Origin: Camelus ferus
Lineage: Eukaryota
Assembly: GCF_009834535.1 (NCBI RefSeq)
Contig: NC_045696.1
Coordinates: forward strand, 28,336,001-28,400,000
DNA length: 64,000 nt
Direction of reading: 5' to 3'
A program made the position numbers and the translations under genes. How positions within the stretch are numbered: position 1 is the stretch's first letter; each line of letters starts with the position of its first letter. Below are positions 63,775-64,000 of the stretch, one piece after another. The notes under the pieces are model-generated. The model saw only the letters and a list, made by a program, of their open reading frames with translations, did not search any database and had not been told where the DNA came from.

Positions 63775-64000
63775 GATGAATAAAGATTATTCCAAACTGT
63801 AACCATATTTGCAAGGGCAAAGTTCAAAAATGAAGTTAAATCAAATTACCCACTTTACCTAGAAGTCTTACATGCTATAACGTTTTTAAACTCACAGAAA
63901 ATTATGTTATGTAGATTTTTAAAAATGCTCTTTGTATCCTTAAAAATTTCCTCTCTGCTTTAACTCTTAGGACTTTCTGCACATTTGATTTTCCCTGGTT

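Noticed and set aside
1..64000. Prokaryotic-type systems, CRISPR arrays, tRNA/rRNA/snRNA genes, processed pseudogenes, non-retroviral endogenous viral elements, CpG-island promoter
   Set aside because: None seen. The sequence is mammalian intron-like DNA with no long ORFs, repeat-spacer arrays, recognisable structural RNA or CpG island; very degraded copies could escape reading by eye.

Overview
AT-rich, CpG-poor placental-mammal genomic DNA. It is most likely camelid: the young L1 3' ends resemble camelid/artiodactyl L1 as I recall them, and I see no Alu, B1, Bov-A/BovB, PRE1 or Can-SINE. The window is almost entirely non-coding and reads as long intron. The one convincing coding signal is a 118-nt minus-strand exon at 38409-38526 (strong acceptor and donor, one open frame, peptide TYILGSAILKPANTYIRKRIDLAKKECRNRSFVLSEGP). 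The supplied ORF track misses it and I cannot assign it to a gene. A frame-compatible 35-nt candidate exon lies at 27841-27875. The rest is a layered transposon record: 5'-truncated L1s with target-site duplications (TSDs), including one probable twin-priming inversion and one with extra 3' sequence; old L1M, L2 and MIR fragments; MLT1, LTR33, MER77-like and ERV1-type solo LTRs; MER20B and MER115-like hAT elements; and an LTR16-type ERVL relic whose protease abuts the integrase, with RT/RNase H missing. There are also several homeodomain-motif-rich enhancer candidates, small foldbacks and tandem duplications. Repeat family names come from recalled consensus sequences, not a RepeatMasker run, and boundaries of old repeats are approximate. 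I found no evidence for a new multi-gene system; nearly all listed ORFs are chance or repeat-derived.
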